A stretch of 64,000 nucleotides of DNA from a virus (taxonomy: Duplodnaviria > Caudoviricetes), in IMG/VR virus record IMGVR_UViG_3300037067_011000, positions 1-64,000 of that record; one strand, 5' to 3'. This document shows, piece after piece, positions 1-9,869 of this stretch. The notes beneath the pieces were generated by a model, which searched no databases, was not told the DNA's origin, and saw only the letters and a list, made by a program, of their open reading frames with translations. Each line of letters begins with the position of its first letter. The first letter of the stretch is position 1. The translations under genes and the position numbers were made by a program.

Positions 1-104
1 CTTGTAACAGCGACAGGATTATTGAAGGCTTGCATCAAAAGTCCATCATCCTTAATTTCAGGAGTCCTTGGTCGTGTTCTTACAAATTCAAGAGTTTCCG
101 ACAT
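1..104 (-). CDS. Probable terminase large subunit, N-terminal fragment (runs off the window)
   Basis: ATG at 104 (MSETLEFVRTRPRTPEIKDDG...) overlaps the end of terS and the frame is open to the window edge. The call is positional only. Confidence 0.4.
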   Translation of the reverse strand, partial: MSETLEFVRTRPRTPEIKDDGLLMQAFNNPVAVT

Positions 105-585
105 TCTCTGTCAATTGTGTTTTATGTATGCTTTCAATAAGTGCTAATTGTTCTGGTGTCATGGAAGTCAAATCCAGTTTTGCTATATTAATATTGGTAT
201 GAACTGATTCTGACCTTTGTACTTCTGACCAATGTTCTTTGTCTTTTACTGCAAGTATTTTGACACAGGCATAAGCATTTGGTTTTGCATATTTTTTTAA
301 AGTTACAATTTCCACTTTTCCCTGATACCCCACAGCAGTTTCTTCTTCATAATAAAACCCATTTGCTATTTTAAAAATACTCTCTGCCACTTCCCCAAGG
401 GACATTATTCTCCCTTGTTGCAGGGCTTCATAAAATCCTGGTTTGTTGTTCTTCCATTTTGTAAGACAATCAGGAGTAACACCCCACACAGTTGCAATCT
501 GAACATCTGAAAGTCCTAACTTTGCAAGCTGTGTGGCTTGCTGAATATACTTGTCGTCCCATTTGGATGTTTCTTCCCAACCCAT
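88..585 (-). CDS. terS: Terminase small subunit
   Basis: N-terminal HTH (LAKLGLSDVQIATVWGVTPDCLTKWKNNKPGFYEALQQGR) is typical of phage TerS; size and position fit. Confidence 0.75.
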   Translation of the reverse strand: MGWEETSKWDDKYIQQATQLAKLGLSDVQIATVWGVTPDCLTKWKNNKPGFYEALQQGRIMSLGEVAESIFKIANGFYYEEETAVGYQGKVEIVTLKKYAKPNAYACVKILAVKDKEHWSEVQRSESVHTNINIAKLDLTSMTPEQLALIESIHKTQLTENVGNS

Positions 586-775
586 TTTCTAAAAAATTTC
601 CCAAAAGATATAACATTATTTTGGATAATCAGATAAAAAGGTATTAATATCTTTTTCTACTTTGTTGGAAACTGTTGTGTATAGGGTGTTTGAGATATAC
701 AGGGAAGTTTAAAAGGAGTTTTTAAGATGTATTTTAATGAATAAAGGATAAAAAGGTCTGAATATATTTATATAG

Positions 776-861
776 CATTTTGATTTATCAACATGTTATA
801 AAATAAAAAATCCCCTAACATTTCTGAAAGAGGACTAAGACCATTTTGATTTATCAAAATG
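776..861. promoter_or_regulatory. Two 20-bp palindromic operator-like sites
   Basis: CATTTTGATTTATCAACATG (776-795) and CATTTTGATTTATCAAAATG (842-861, perfect 9-bp arms) lie upstream of terS. Confidence 0.5.
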
Positions 862-1065
862 CTATTTTTTGGTGAATATTCTTCTTATTATATATCCTCT
901 ACCAATACTTGCAATTGTAAATATGAATGTTATCAAGATATTTTGATGTAAATTTACAGGGATATCCATTAATGGAAATAAAATTAATTGGATGAGAAAA
1001 CTAATCCCCATTCCTACAAAGGTATTTGTCAAACTTTCAATTAAAGATTTTTGTTTTGTTTGCAT
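862..1065 (-). CDS. Small two-TM phage membrane protein
   Basis: 67 aa with two hydrophobic segments; QTKQKSLIESLTN...RGYIIRRIF pattern resembles a recurrent phage family. Confidence 0.6.
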   Translation of the reverse strand: MQTKQKSLIESLTNTFVGMGISFLIQLILFPLMDIPVNLHQNILITFIFTIASIGRGYIIRRIFTKK

Positions 1066-1877
1066 AATGGAAACATTTTCTTAACTACTTCTTCATAATT
1101 TGTTTCAAAGAATCCTTTTCTCTGAAAGTTTTTAATTGACATTTCACTAATCCACCAGTAAAATGCTTCATAAGGATCTTGAAAGAATTTACTTATGCCT
1201 TTTTCTGCTTTAATATTCTTATCTATTGCTTTAATTACAGCATACACATATCTTGGAAACATTTTATATTCTCTTATCCTTGCTTTACTCACTAAAGGAC
1301 ATCCTATGCAACCCAATCTGTCAAATCCTTTATCATACCATTCTGAATAAGGTAAATTATTTTCTTTAATATAATCCCACACATCTTTTGTAGTCCAATA
1401 CATAATTGGGTAGACATGTATTTTCCCTTTTAGTCTTGTGTCACAACTTTCAGGTTCTTTTAATTCCTTTAACCTCTTTCCTCTTTTTACTCCCTCATCA
1501 ATTCTCAACCCTTCAAACACTTTAGCATCTTTCCCAACATACTCTTTTAAATGTTGACAACAAAATCTGTGTTGACGGGTTGGCAATCCATATTTTGCCA
1601 CAACCTGATAAAAAGATAACTTGGGTTGGATAATTTCTACATCAGGATAATTCTTTCTGATAAAATTGATATGCCCTGGAGGATCAATAGTAGTATTGGT
1701 GTAAACAAATCTAAACTTTAATCCACTCAACTTTGCTAAATGATAAATTGCAACAGAATCTTTACCACCTGAAAAAGCAAGAATATTTTCTTTCTTTTCA
1801 TCATACAATCCTTTTATAATTTGCAAACTTTGCTTTTCTTTTTTTATTAGTTCTTCATTCATATTGTAATTATACAA
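1041..1877 (-). CDS. PAPS/APS reductase family (PP-loop) protein
   Basis: AFSGGKDS PP-loop, YTNTT, FCCQHLK, WTTKDVWDYI and GFDRLGCIGCP (CC plus CxxC). Confidence 0.88.
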   Translation of the reverse strand: MYNYNMNEELIKKEKQSLQIIKGLYDEKKENILAFSGGKDSVAIYHLAKLSGLKFRFVYTNTTIDPPGHINFIRKNYPDVEIIQPKLSFYQVVAKYGLPTRQHRFCCQHLKEYVGKDAKVFEGLRIDEGVKRGKRLKELKEPESCDTRLKGKIHVYPIMYWTTKDVWDYIKENNLPYSEWYDKGFDRLGCIGCPLVSKARIREYKMFPRYVYAVIKAIDKNIKAEKGISKFFQDPYEAFYWWISEMSIKNFQRKGFFETNYEEVVKKMFPLCKQNKNL

Positions 1878-3334
1878 ATAATCTTTGACATTTTCCAGAA
1901 ATTCATTTTAAATTTTTCAAAATTTCTGCTTGCAGACAAATGTTTGTAGAAAACCAAATAAATTTGGAGATTCTGAGGGAGGTTGGGCAGGGTTCACACC
2001 GGTTCCCATCTGTCAACTGACCCAACCTCCTCCTGATCCCTGATCTATTACTACAGGTACACAACTATCATATTACTGTTATACTGTCTTATTTGCCCTT
2101 GTATGGGTGGGGTGGGGGAGAGGTTATTTTTCACTGTCATATTGTCTATTTTACATAATATTAATTATAGGACAGTAGGGGCACTATGTTTTATAACATA
2201 CTTTGTTCTGATCCTTACTTTATTGTTGTTCCCCAGCCCTTCTTTATTTGTTTATCTAATTACAAGTCCCAAGCTGCATACGTGCAGGATACGGGAAAAT
2301 TTTCAGAAATCTGAATCTATAATTATAACACAATACTGGAAATAGTACACTTATACTATATACAGGGTACCTACTACATTATACTACATATTCAGATAAT
2401 AATTTATTAGTTAACTTATTGAGTAGTTTTTTTACTCATTATTGGGTAATTTATTTACTCATCTTATTTATAATCATTATAAATTACATATTTCTTTTAA
2501 AGTTTCTTTAAATATGTATTGTTATGTCAATTATTAATTATACATTTACATAACAATTAATACATACTCATTATGAAAGCAATACTACATTTTTTACCCT
2601 TTGCACCCCTTTACATTTTTTGCCTGGTTGCACTCTTTTTATTAATCCAGTCCTTTGCTCAAATGTTTGTTAACCCATCTAAAAAATAACCTATTATGAA
2701 AACAGAAAATAAACCTCTTGCATACTACCATTACAACACCCCAAAAGTAACTATTAACTGGAACAATCATAAACAAATGGGTTCTTATTTTTCTGCATTA
2801 TCTGCATTAAATAAAATTTGTGAATTAAATACACATCCACAAAAATCTGATATTTGGGAAATTTGCACACCAGATGGAGTTTTGAACGTTTCAAATCTTG
2901 TAAATAATAACCTATTATGAAAACATTAGAAAAATCCCGCTTCATTGCATTTTTTGCAATTACTTCAATTCCTATTTTATTAACCTTTATAATATCTTCC
3001 TTATTATGAAAACAGTAACTAAAAAAACAATCAGAAAACCGGCCAAAACTAAGAAGCTCCTAAATTATGGTATCATAAAAAATACCTTTGACTCTTTTCA
3101 CACTTACCAAAGAAACAATTAAAAAACTAAGAAAATGAAAACATTTGTCACATTTGTAAACGGTTACCAAGAGGTAGCAAACATGGCTGAAGCCATTGTT
3201 GTAGCAAAAGAAAACGACAATACTAATTTTATTGTTGAGGTAGATGAGTCAAAATTACCTGAAGGTTTAAAAGCCGAAGAATGCTTATATGCCGAAGAAG
3301 ATGGGGCAATAAAAAGAACAACATTGTAAAATAC

Positions 3335-3377
3335 TTAGCAGTACCGGGGCGATAATCTCAAAACCGCGTACTGCTAA
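3335..3377 (+). terminator. Intergenic hairpin (possible terminator or processing site)
   Basis: TTAGCAGTAC (3335-3344) and GTACTGCTAA (3368-3377) form a perfect inverted repeat followed by an AT-rich tract. Confidence 0.45.
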
Positions 3378-3411
3378 ATATTAATTTTATTAACTAAAAA
3401 CTATTAAGAAA

Positions 3412-3775
3412 ATGAAAACCAACGCCACAATTGATCAATTAAATGATGCTTTGAACTTCATAAATATGAGATTCAAAAACAATGTACAATTTTAAGGAAA
3501 TAAAACAAATCTCCTCTAAACGTGTTAATTTTACTTTGAGGGTGAAAAGTTCTTCAGGTCCTGGAGCAAAAATAGGTTATTCAGGTCGCAAAACTATTTC
3601 CGCTTGTTGGCATGTACATGGATATTTCTTTGAATACCTGTTTTTATCATATCCTGGAATATACATAATAAGTCAGGGTAAAAAAATGACAAGTAATTCA
3701 GATAATTGGCAAGATCAGAATATTGGATCAATAATGCAACCTTTATATTTTTCTGAAGCTTGTAATTGTAACTAA
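3412..3775 (+). CDS. Hypothetical phage protein interrupted by a +1 frameshift at TTT-TAA (3490-3495)
   Basis: ATG at 3412 (MKTNATIDQLNDALNF...) stops at 3495; the +1 frame continues KEIKQISSKRVNFTLRV...ACWHVHG...NWQDQNIGS to 3775. Confidence 0.5.
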
Positions 3776-4283
3776 CTTTTGCCGGTTCAAAGTCCGGTTT
3801 AATAATGATGACTACAGGATATACAAAACTATTCTGTAGTAAATTAACCAAAAGTTTACAAACCAAAAAAGAAATTAAACGTTAACCAAATATTTACTAT
3901 TATGAAAACAAAAACTATTATTTTATACCAATTTGCTGAATTATCAGAAGATAAAAGCAAATAACAAAATTCTGCAAACTTTGTCAGAATTGGAAACTGT
4001 GTTAAGAAAACTTTATGATCCTTTTGATTATACTTGTTTAAATGCAAAAACAAGCAGATACCTTAATTTATAAAGACAGAAAAGGAAATGAAATTGTAAT
4101 GGAGGAATTTTATGAGGATCTTCAACATTTTATTGACATAAATGAAACAATGTTAATAAAAGATTCAGCAGAAAATTTTGAAACAATTAAAAAGTTAAGA
4201 AAATACCATGTTGATAAATCAAAATGCTTAAATAACTGAAATACAAACAACTAAAAATACAAACAATTTAAACTGCTAAGAAA

Positions 4284-4715
4284 ATGAAAATATATAGAGC
4301 CATACAAACAGACAACATAGATATTAATAACGTCGGTTGTCATTGGACATGGAATCGTGAAGTTGCAGAAAACGTACATAAGGTTGTTTATGGCGGTTGT
4401 TCAGATGACTTTGACGAAACAGCAGTGGTGAAGATTATTGAGGCAGAAATAGACCAAAATGCGACAGACTTTGAAGCAACAATGTATTCAATATGTGAAT
4501 ACCCTGCCGAATTTGAAATCGTATTGAAAAAAAATGTTCAAATAGGTGAATATAATACAGGTAGCAGGGTTGATGATTGGGTTAATTCTATTGAGAGAAG
4601 CGAAGATGAAACTATTGGAAACGTAATACATCAAATTACGTACAGAAACACAAATAGAGAAGCATTTGCAACGAGCCTCAATATGATGCGTGAATTATTT
4701 CAACTTGAATATTAA
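4284..4715 (+). CDS. Hypothetical protein, possible ADP-ribosyltransferase-like fold
   Basis: IYRAI ... GCHWTWNREVA ... AEFEIVL spacing resembles the R-S-E ART motifs. Confidence 0.35.
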   Translation: MKIYRAIQTDNIDINNVGCHWTWNREVAENVHKVVYGGCSDDFDETAVVKIIEAEIDQNATDFEATMYSICEYPAEFEIVLKKNVQIGEYNTGSRVDDWVNSIERSEDETIGNVIHQITYRNTNREAFATSLNMMRELFQLEY

Positions 4716-5537
4716 CTAAAAACTATTAAGATGAAAACCTCAAAAAGAACTTTTAGATTTGCTCAAAAGAACTGTAAACGAAAAAGCAAATGAAGCAACT
4801 GTTTTAAGATACAAATATCCTGAACCGGAAAACCAAAAATTTTATTTTGGCAGGTATATGGCATTTTCTGAAATGTATTCTTTATTATGTAACCTTGAAA
4901 AACATATAAAATGAGACACAAATGTACTTTAGAGTCTATTGCATTAACTACTTTAAAACCTGGTAATTGTTTTTATTCTCACAAACAGGATAAAGATTTA
5001 ACTGCAATTGCTTCATACTACAAAAAGAAAATAAAAACTGAAAGGTTAATGTTGATCAATCCACAAAAAACAACAATTGAAAAAATAACTAAAATCACAA
5101 TATTATGACAAATATTAAAGATGTTAATGGGTATAGCTGTTATTGGATTGAAAAAGGTATTTATTCTTTCTCAAAGAAAACCCCCACAAGTCCCACAAGG
5201 TATTCTACAATAGAGTGTGAAGAAGAACAGCTAACTAATGGGGACATAGAATTTATGACCTTAAATGGTCTTACATTAACCAAAGCACGTAAAAAAGCTT
5301 ATCAGAAGAAATTTACGAACAACATTAAAAAATAATATTATGAAACTACTCAATTTAATCGTATCAATTACTTTTCTGACACTTTCACTTATTTGTGGTG
5401 CATCGGCCCTGATTCTGAAAAGAATTGATTTAGGAGGCCTTTCCTGCATTTGTGGGGCAATTTCTTATGTAGCCTACAAAGATTTTGAAAATCCTGAACA
5501 AATTTAATTTTTATTAATCACATAAAAAACTTAAAAA

Positions 5538-6470
5538 ATGAAAACAACTATTGTTATTAAATCAATTTTTGGAAAGGTCTTATTTGAATTTGAAAAAGAA
5601 AACAATTCAATTAAAGAAACAGTAGAGGAAGCTGTCAGAAGACATATTTCACTTAATTGTGCTTCACTTGACGGTGCTTCACTTAATGATGCTTCACTTA
5701 ATGATGCTTCACTTAATCGTGCTTCACTTAATCGTGCTTCACTTAATGATGCTTCACTTGATGGTGCTTCACTTGACGGTGCTTCACTTAATGATGCTTC
5801 ACTTAATCGTGCTTCACTTAATCGTGCTTCACTTAATGATGCTTCACTTGATGATGTTTCACTTAATGATGCTTCACTTAATCGTGCTTCACTTGATGGT
5901 GCTTCACTTAATGATGCTTCACTTAATGGTGCTTCACTTAATCGTGCTTCACTTAATTGTGCTTCACTTAATGATGCTTCACTTGATGGTGCTTCACTTG
6001 ATGGTGCTTCACTTAATGATGCTTCACTTAATGGTGCTTCACTTAATGGTGCTTCACTTAATGGTGCTTCACTTAATGATGCTTCACTTAATCGTGCTTC
6101 ACTTAATCGTGCTTCACTTGATGGTGCTTCACTTAAAAAATTAATAAACCAAACAACAATCCTTCCTGAAGGTGAATTGGTTGTATGGAAAAAATTAAGA
6201 GAAAATTTAATTGCAAAACTTCTTATCCCTGCAAAAGCAAAACGTGTAAATGCAGCAGGATACAGAAAATGCCGATTTGAATTTGCAAAAGTAATTGCAA
6301 TTTATGATGGGAAAAAGAAAGTTAAAGAAGGTATTTCAAAACAACAAAGTGATTTTATGTATAAAGTAGGAGCGATTGTTACACCTGACAGTTTTGATCC
6401 TTCCCCTTTAATAGAATGTTCTCATGGGATTAATGCCTTTATTACCAAACAGGAAGCAATAGATTATTAA
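5538..6470 (+). CDS. Pentapeptide-repeat protein with conserved phage C-terminal domain (DUF5758-like, from recall)
   Basis: 33 ASL(N/D)x units, followed by LPEGELVVWKK...IAKLLIPAKAKR...RKCRFEFAKV...CSHGINAFIT. Confidence 0.85.
   Translation: MKTTIVIKSIFGKVLFEFEKENNSIKETVEEAVRRHISLNCASLDGASLNDASLNDASLNRASLNRASLNDASLDGASLDGASLNDASLNRASLNRASLNDASLDDVSLNDASLNRASLDGASLNDASLNGASLNRASLNCASLNDASLDGASLDGASLNDASLNGASLNGASLNGASLNDASLNRASLNRASLDGASLKKLINQTTILPEGELVVWKKLRENLIAKLLIPAKAKRVNAAGYRKCRFEFAKVIAIYDGKKKVKEGISKQQSDFMYKVGAIVTPDSFDPSPLIECSHGINAFITKQEAIDY
5646..6140 (+). repeat. 15-bp tandem repeat, 33 units
   Basis: Near-invariant GCTTCACTT core plus variable (AAT/GAT/GAC)(CGT/GAT/GGT/TGT). Confidence 0.95.
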
Positions 6471-7167
6471 TATGAAAACTAAAAAACGAAAATACTATTG
6501 TCTGCATTGCAGAAAAGCATGAAATGAACCTTATTTGGCAGACTTATGTTTTAAAATGGATATGGAAAACTTAACAAAAGAAAAAGATGAAAAGAGAATT
6601 AATGGGGCAAATGATGGAAGCCACAACAAATCAGGAATTAAACAAAATAAGAGATGAAAATCTTGACTTTTTGCATGAAAATCCTGAACTGTATTCTTCT
6701 TTACGTCAGGCAAGAAAAAGAATAAACAGGATAAGAAAGGAATCAAAAAGAAATTGGAAACTTCAAATGAATTAAAAATATGAGGACAACAGAAAGATAT
6801 TACACATTTGGAGATTCTGAAATTCACACAATTTCAGATGTTGAAAACGGGGAATATTTGGACACCACAATTTTAATAGGAAGATCTTATATCTGTACTA
6901 TTGAAGGAAACAAAATTCCTGAATTTATTTCAAAATTACAAACCATTGTTGAAAATTATAGAATATGAAACAATTAGCAGACGGAAAACAAGTAGCAGCA
7001 AGAACATATTATTATCTTCTTGATTATATGGATAAAAATTTTGATAATCAACCTTTGTATAAAGCATTTGGTAAAATCAGATTGTGTGATATAACAATTG
7101 ATGAATATGTTCAATTTTTTGAAAGGTGTACTAAGAAGGATTTACAAGATTTACAATTATTAAACCA

Positions 7168-8778
7168 ATGACTAAAAACATTGCCTCAATAGCAGAAAAC
7201 AACAAAGGAGAAAAGGTTGTAAAAATAACTTTTGAATATGAAATTACTCTCCTTAACAAAGTCCGAGAACTTCCCGGAAGGTTATGGCATCCTGCTGACA
7301 AATGCTGGTCTGCTCCTTTACATGAAGAAACTGTAAACAAATTGAAATCTTGGGGATTTTTGATTGATAGTAAATTACAGGATCATCTGTTACAAAACAA
7401 TAAGGTAACTAAAGAAATAGTTATTAATGGAATCCCTGAATTGAAAGGGACTTTAAGACCTTTCCAAACTCTCGGTGTGGCTTTTATTGAAAACAAAAAT
7501 GGGCGATGTTTAATTGCGGATGAAATGGGACTCGGAAAAACCATTCAATCAATAGGTTACATAAGTTTGCACAGAGATAAAACTCCTGTTATTGTTGTTT
7601 GTCCTGCTTCATTAAAACTGAATTGGGAAAGGGAAATGGAAAATTGGTTAACAAATCCAAAAACAGAAGTACTTTCAGGTACTACTCCTTACAAAACAAA
7701 AGGGGGAATTCTTATTATCAATTATGATATTGTGTTTGCTTGGGTTGAAGAATTGAAAAAATTAAAACCACAAATTATTATCCTTGATGAATCCCATTCT
7801 ATAAAATCATCAGCAACACGAAGAACAAAAGCAGTTAAGAAACTTTGCAAAGATGTTCCTCATATAATTGCTTTGTCCGGTACACCAATTGTAAACAGAC
7901 CAATTGAAATTTATAATACTCTACAAATACTTGATAAAAATCTGTTTCCACATTACCTAAATTTTACAAGACGTTACTGCGATGCTCACAATAATGGATT
8001 TGGCATAGATGTAAATGGAGCAAGTCATACTGATGAACTTCATAATACTCTTACAAGCACTGTAATGTTAAGACGTAAAAAAGCAGATGTTCTGAAAGAA
8101 CTCCCTGACAAAATATATTCCTTTGTTCCTCTTGCTTTGGACAATACAGAAGAATATAGAGAAGCTGAGAAGGACTTTATTGCTTATGTCAGACGTGAAA
8201 AAGGAATTGAAGCAGCACAAAGGATCAAATCTGTTGAGGCACTTGCAAAGATTGAAGGACTCAAACAACTTGCAGTAAAAGGGAAGTTAACAGAAGCAAT
8301 TGAATGGATAAAAAACTTTCTTGAGTCTGATAACAAATTAGTAGTTTTTTGTACACACAAGTTTGTTATTGATAAGTTAATGGAAGAATTTAAACATATA
8401 GCAGTTAAGATAGATGGATCTGTTACAATTCCAGATAGACAACGTTCTGTTGATATATTTCAACACAATCCTAAATGCAAATTATTTGTGGGAAATATAC
8501 AGGCTGCTGGGACAGGAATAAATCTTCAAATTGCTTCTAATGTGGTTTTTCTTGAACTCCCTTGGCATAGTGGTCATGTGAGTCAGGCAGAGGATAGATG
8601 TCACAGAATAGGACAAAAGGATTCTGTAAACGTACATTTTTTGCTTGCAAAGAATACCATTGAAGAAAAAATTGCAAAACTTATTGACAGCAAAAGAAAA
8701 ATAACTGACTCTGTTCTTGATGGAAAAAAAACAGAACAAGAAAATTTACTTTATGAAATTATGAAATCCTATTTATAA
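7168..8778 (+). CDS. SNF2-family helicase (SMARCAL1/HARP-like)
   Basis: LIADEMGLGKTIQ, VVCPASLKLNW, ILDESH, ALSGTPIVNRP, QAEDRCHRIGQ. Confidence 0.93.
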   Translation: MTKNIASIAENNKGEKVVKITFEYEITLLNKVRELPGRLWHPADKCWSAPLHEETVNKLKSWGFLIDSKLQDHLLQNNKVTKEIVINGIPELKGTLRPFQTLGVAFIENKNGRCLIADEMGLGKTIQSIGYISLHRDKTPVIVVCPASLKLNWEREMENWLTNPKTEVLSGTTPYKTKGGILIINYDIVFAWVEELKKLKPQIIILDESHSIKSSATRRTKAVKKLCKDVPHIIALSGTPIVNRPIEIYNTLQILDKNLFPHYLNFTRRYCDAHNNGFGIDVNGASHTDELHNTLTSTVMLRRKKADVLKELPDKIYSFVPLALDNTEEYREAEKDFIAYVRREKGIEAAQRIKSVEALAKIEGLKQLAVKGKLTEAIEWIKNFLESDNKLVVFCTHKFVIDKLMEEFKHIAVKIDGSVTIPDRQRSVDIFQHNPKCKLFVGNIQAAGTGINLQIASNVVFLELPWHSGHVSQAEDRCHRIGQKDSVNVHFLLAKNTIEEKIAKLIDSKRKITDSVLDGKKTEQENLLYEIMKSYL

Positions 8779-9073
8779 ACTTAAAAATCAGAAATTATGA
8801 AAACATTTGTAGGTATTATTTTTATTTTAAGTGCTTTTTTTCTTTTGTATATAACAGGAAATAATTTTCTAAAAAGCCTTGGAAAACAACAACAAGAAGC
8901 ACAAGAATATGGTTATTTTGAAGGTCAAAAAGATGCACTTCAAAATGAATTTCACATTAAACAAATAAATGATTCTATTTTTGTTTGGGTAGATTCCCCT
9001 TGGAAAGATAAAAGAGAAATTATATATTTTCCACAACCAAATAATAAATAAACTAACTTAAAAATTAGAAATT

Positions 9074-9364
9074 ATGAAACAAATGACAGAAAAACAAGCT
9101 ATAAAAATAGCAAATTCAGAAATATGGAAAGACATGACAGATGAGGAAATTGTAAAATTTCAATTATTTACAGATCGTCTTTGTATGCCTTTTGGAGAAT
9201 TTCATAGAGCAATAGAAACAGTATTGCAACGTCCTGTATATACACACGAATTTGCTTTTGTAGATAATTTAAAAAAGGAATTTCTTAAAGAAAAACTACC
9301 TCCTACTTTTGAAGAAATTTGCAATTTAATACCTAAAGAAAAAAGAATAATTATAAATATCTAA
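9074..9364 (+). CDS. Conserved phage hypothetical protein
   Basis: Clean ORF with typical start context; FQLFTDRLCMPFGEFHRAIETVLQRPVYTHEF pattern. Confidence 0.55.
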   Translation: MKQMTEKQAIKIANSEIWKDMTDEEIVKFQLFTDRLCMPFGEFHRAIETVLQRPVYTHEFAFVDNLKKEFLKEKLPPTFEEICNLIPKEKRIIINI

Positions 9365-9369
9365 TCTAT

Positions 9370-9825
9370 ATGGAAAACGAGAAACTTCTAAAAAAATTAG
9401 CATCATCTTACTCTGCAACAACAGGGGTAGAATTTGATGACCTGTTTCAGGAAGCCTATGTAGCCTATCTTGAAGCAATGAAAACTTTCGACCCAAACAA
9501 ATCCAAACTTTCAACCTACATTTGGTATTGTGTTTCTTCACACCTGAAAAACTATGTGAAACTTGAAAAACCTTATCTTGAAATGATGTCAATTGAAACT
9601 CCTGAAGTTCTAAACAAATCGGGTTTGTCTGTTTCAAATTTCTTTGATGCTTTGTCTTTTGAGGCTCAACAGATAGCAAAAATCATGTTTGAACGGTCGG
9701 GATTTTATATCTTTGCTAAACCAAAAGAAAGAGAAAAGAAAATTACACAAACTCTTATCAGAAGAGGTTGGGATGAAAAGAAAATAAGAGTTGGTTTGTA
9801 TGAATTGCAAACTGTTTTGCAATAA
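9370..9825 (+). CDS. Sigma-70 family RNA polymerase sigma factor (region 2)
   Basis: EFDDLFQEAYVAYLEAMKTFDPNKSKLSTYIWYCVSSHLKNY. Confidence 0.8.
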   Translation: MENEKLLKKLASSYSATTGVEFDDLFQEAYVAYLEAMKTFDPNKSKLSTYIWYCVSSHLKNYVKLEKPYLEMMSIETPEVLNKSGLSVSNFFDALSFEAQQIAKIMFERSGFYIFAKPKEREKKITQTLIRRGWDEKKIRVGLYELQTVLQ

Positions 9826-9849
9826 AGTCAAATAAAAATTGTATAATGT
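9822..9849 (+). promoter_or_regulatory. Conserved 28-bp promoter-like motif, copy 1
   Basis: ATAAAGTCAAATAAAAATTGTATAATGT matches the copy at 15945-15972 at 26 of 28 positions. Confidence 0.6.
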
Positions 9850-9869
9850 TAAATTAAATACTTACTAAA

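Larger units (their letters stand above)
2573..5335 (+). other. Cluster of small early ORFs of unknown function (2573-2689, 2696-2920, 2917-3009, 3135-3329, 4042-4239, 4911-5108, 5105-5335 and others)
   Basis: Tightly packed 30-100 aa ORFs, most starting ATGAAAAC after A-rich, SD-less leaders; two are short hydrophobic peptides. Confidence 0.6.

Noticed and set aside
2103-2345. 80-aa hydrophobic ORF in the divergent intergenic region
   Set aside because: It lacks the A-rich start context of real genes here and begins in a G-rich tract; it is probably spurious.
5646-6140. 15-bp repeat array as a CRISPR array or DGR target
   Set aside because: The units are contiguous with no unique spacers and translate as a pentapeptide repeat. 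No reverse transcriptase or template repeat was seen.
5659-6144. 161-aa MLHL-repeat ORF
   Set aside because: It is a shadow frame of the tandem repeat, kept open by repeat periodicity, with no independent start context.
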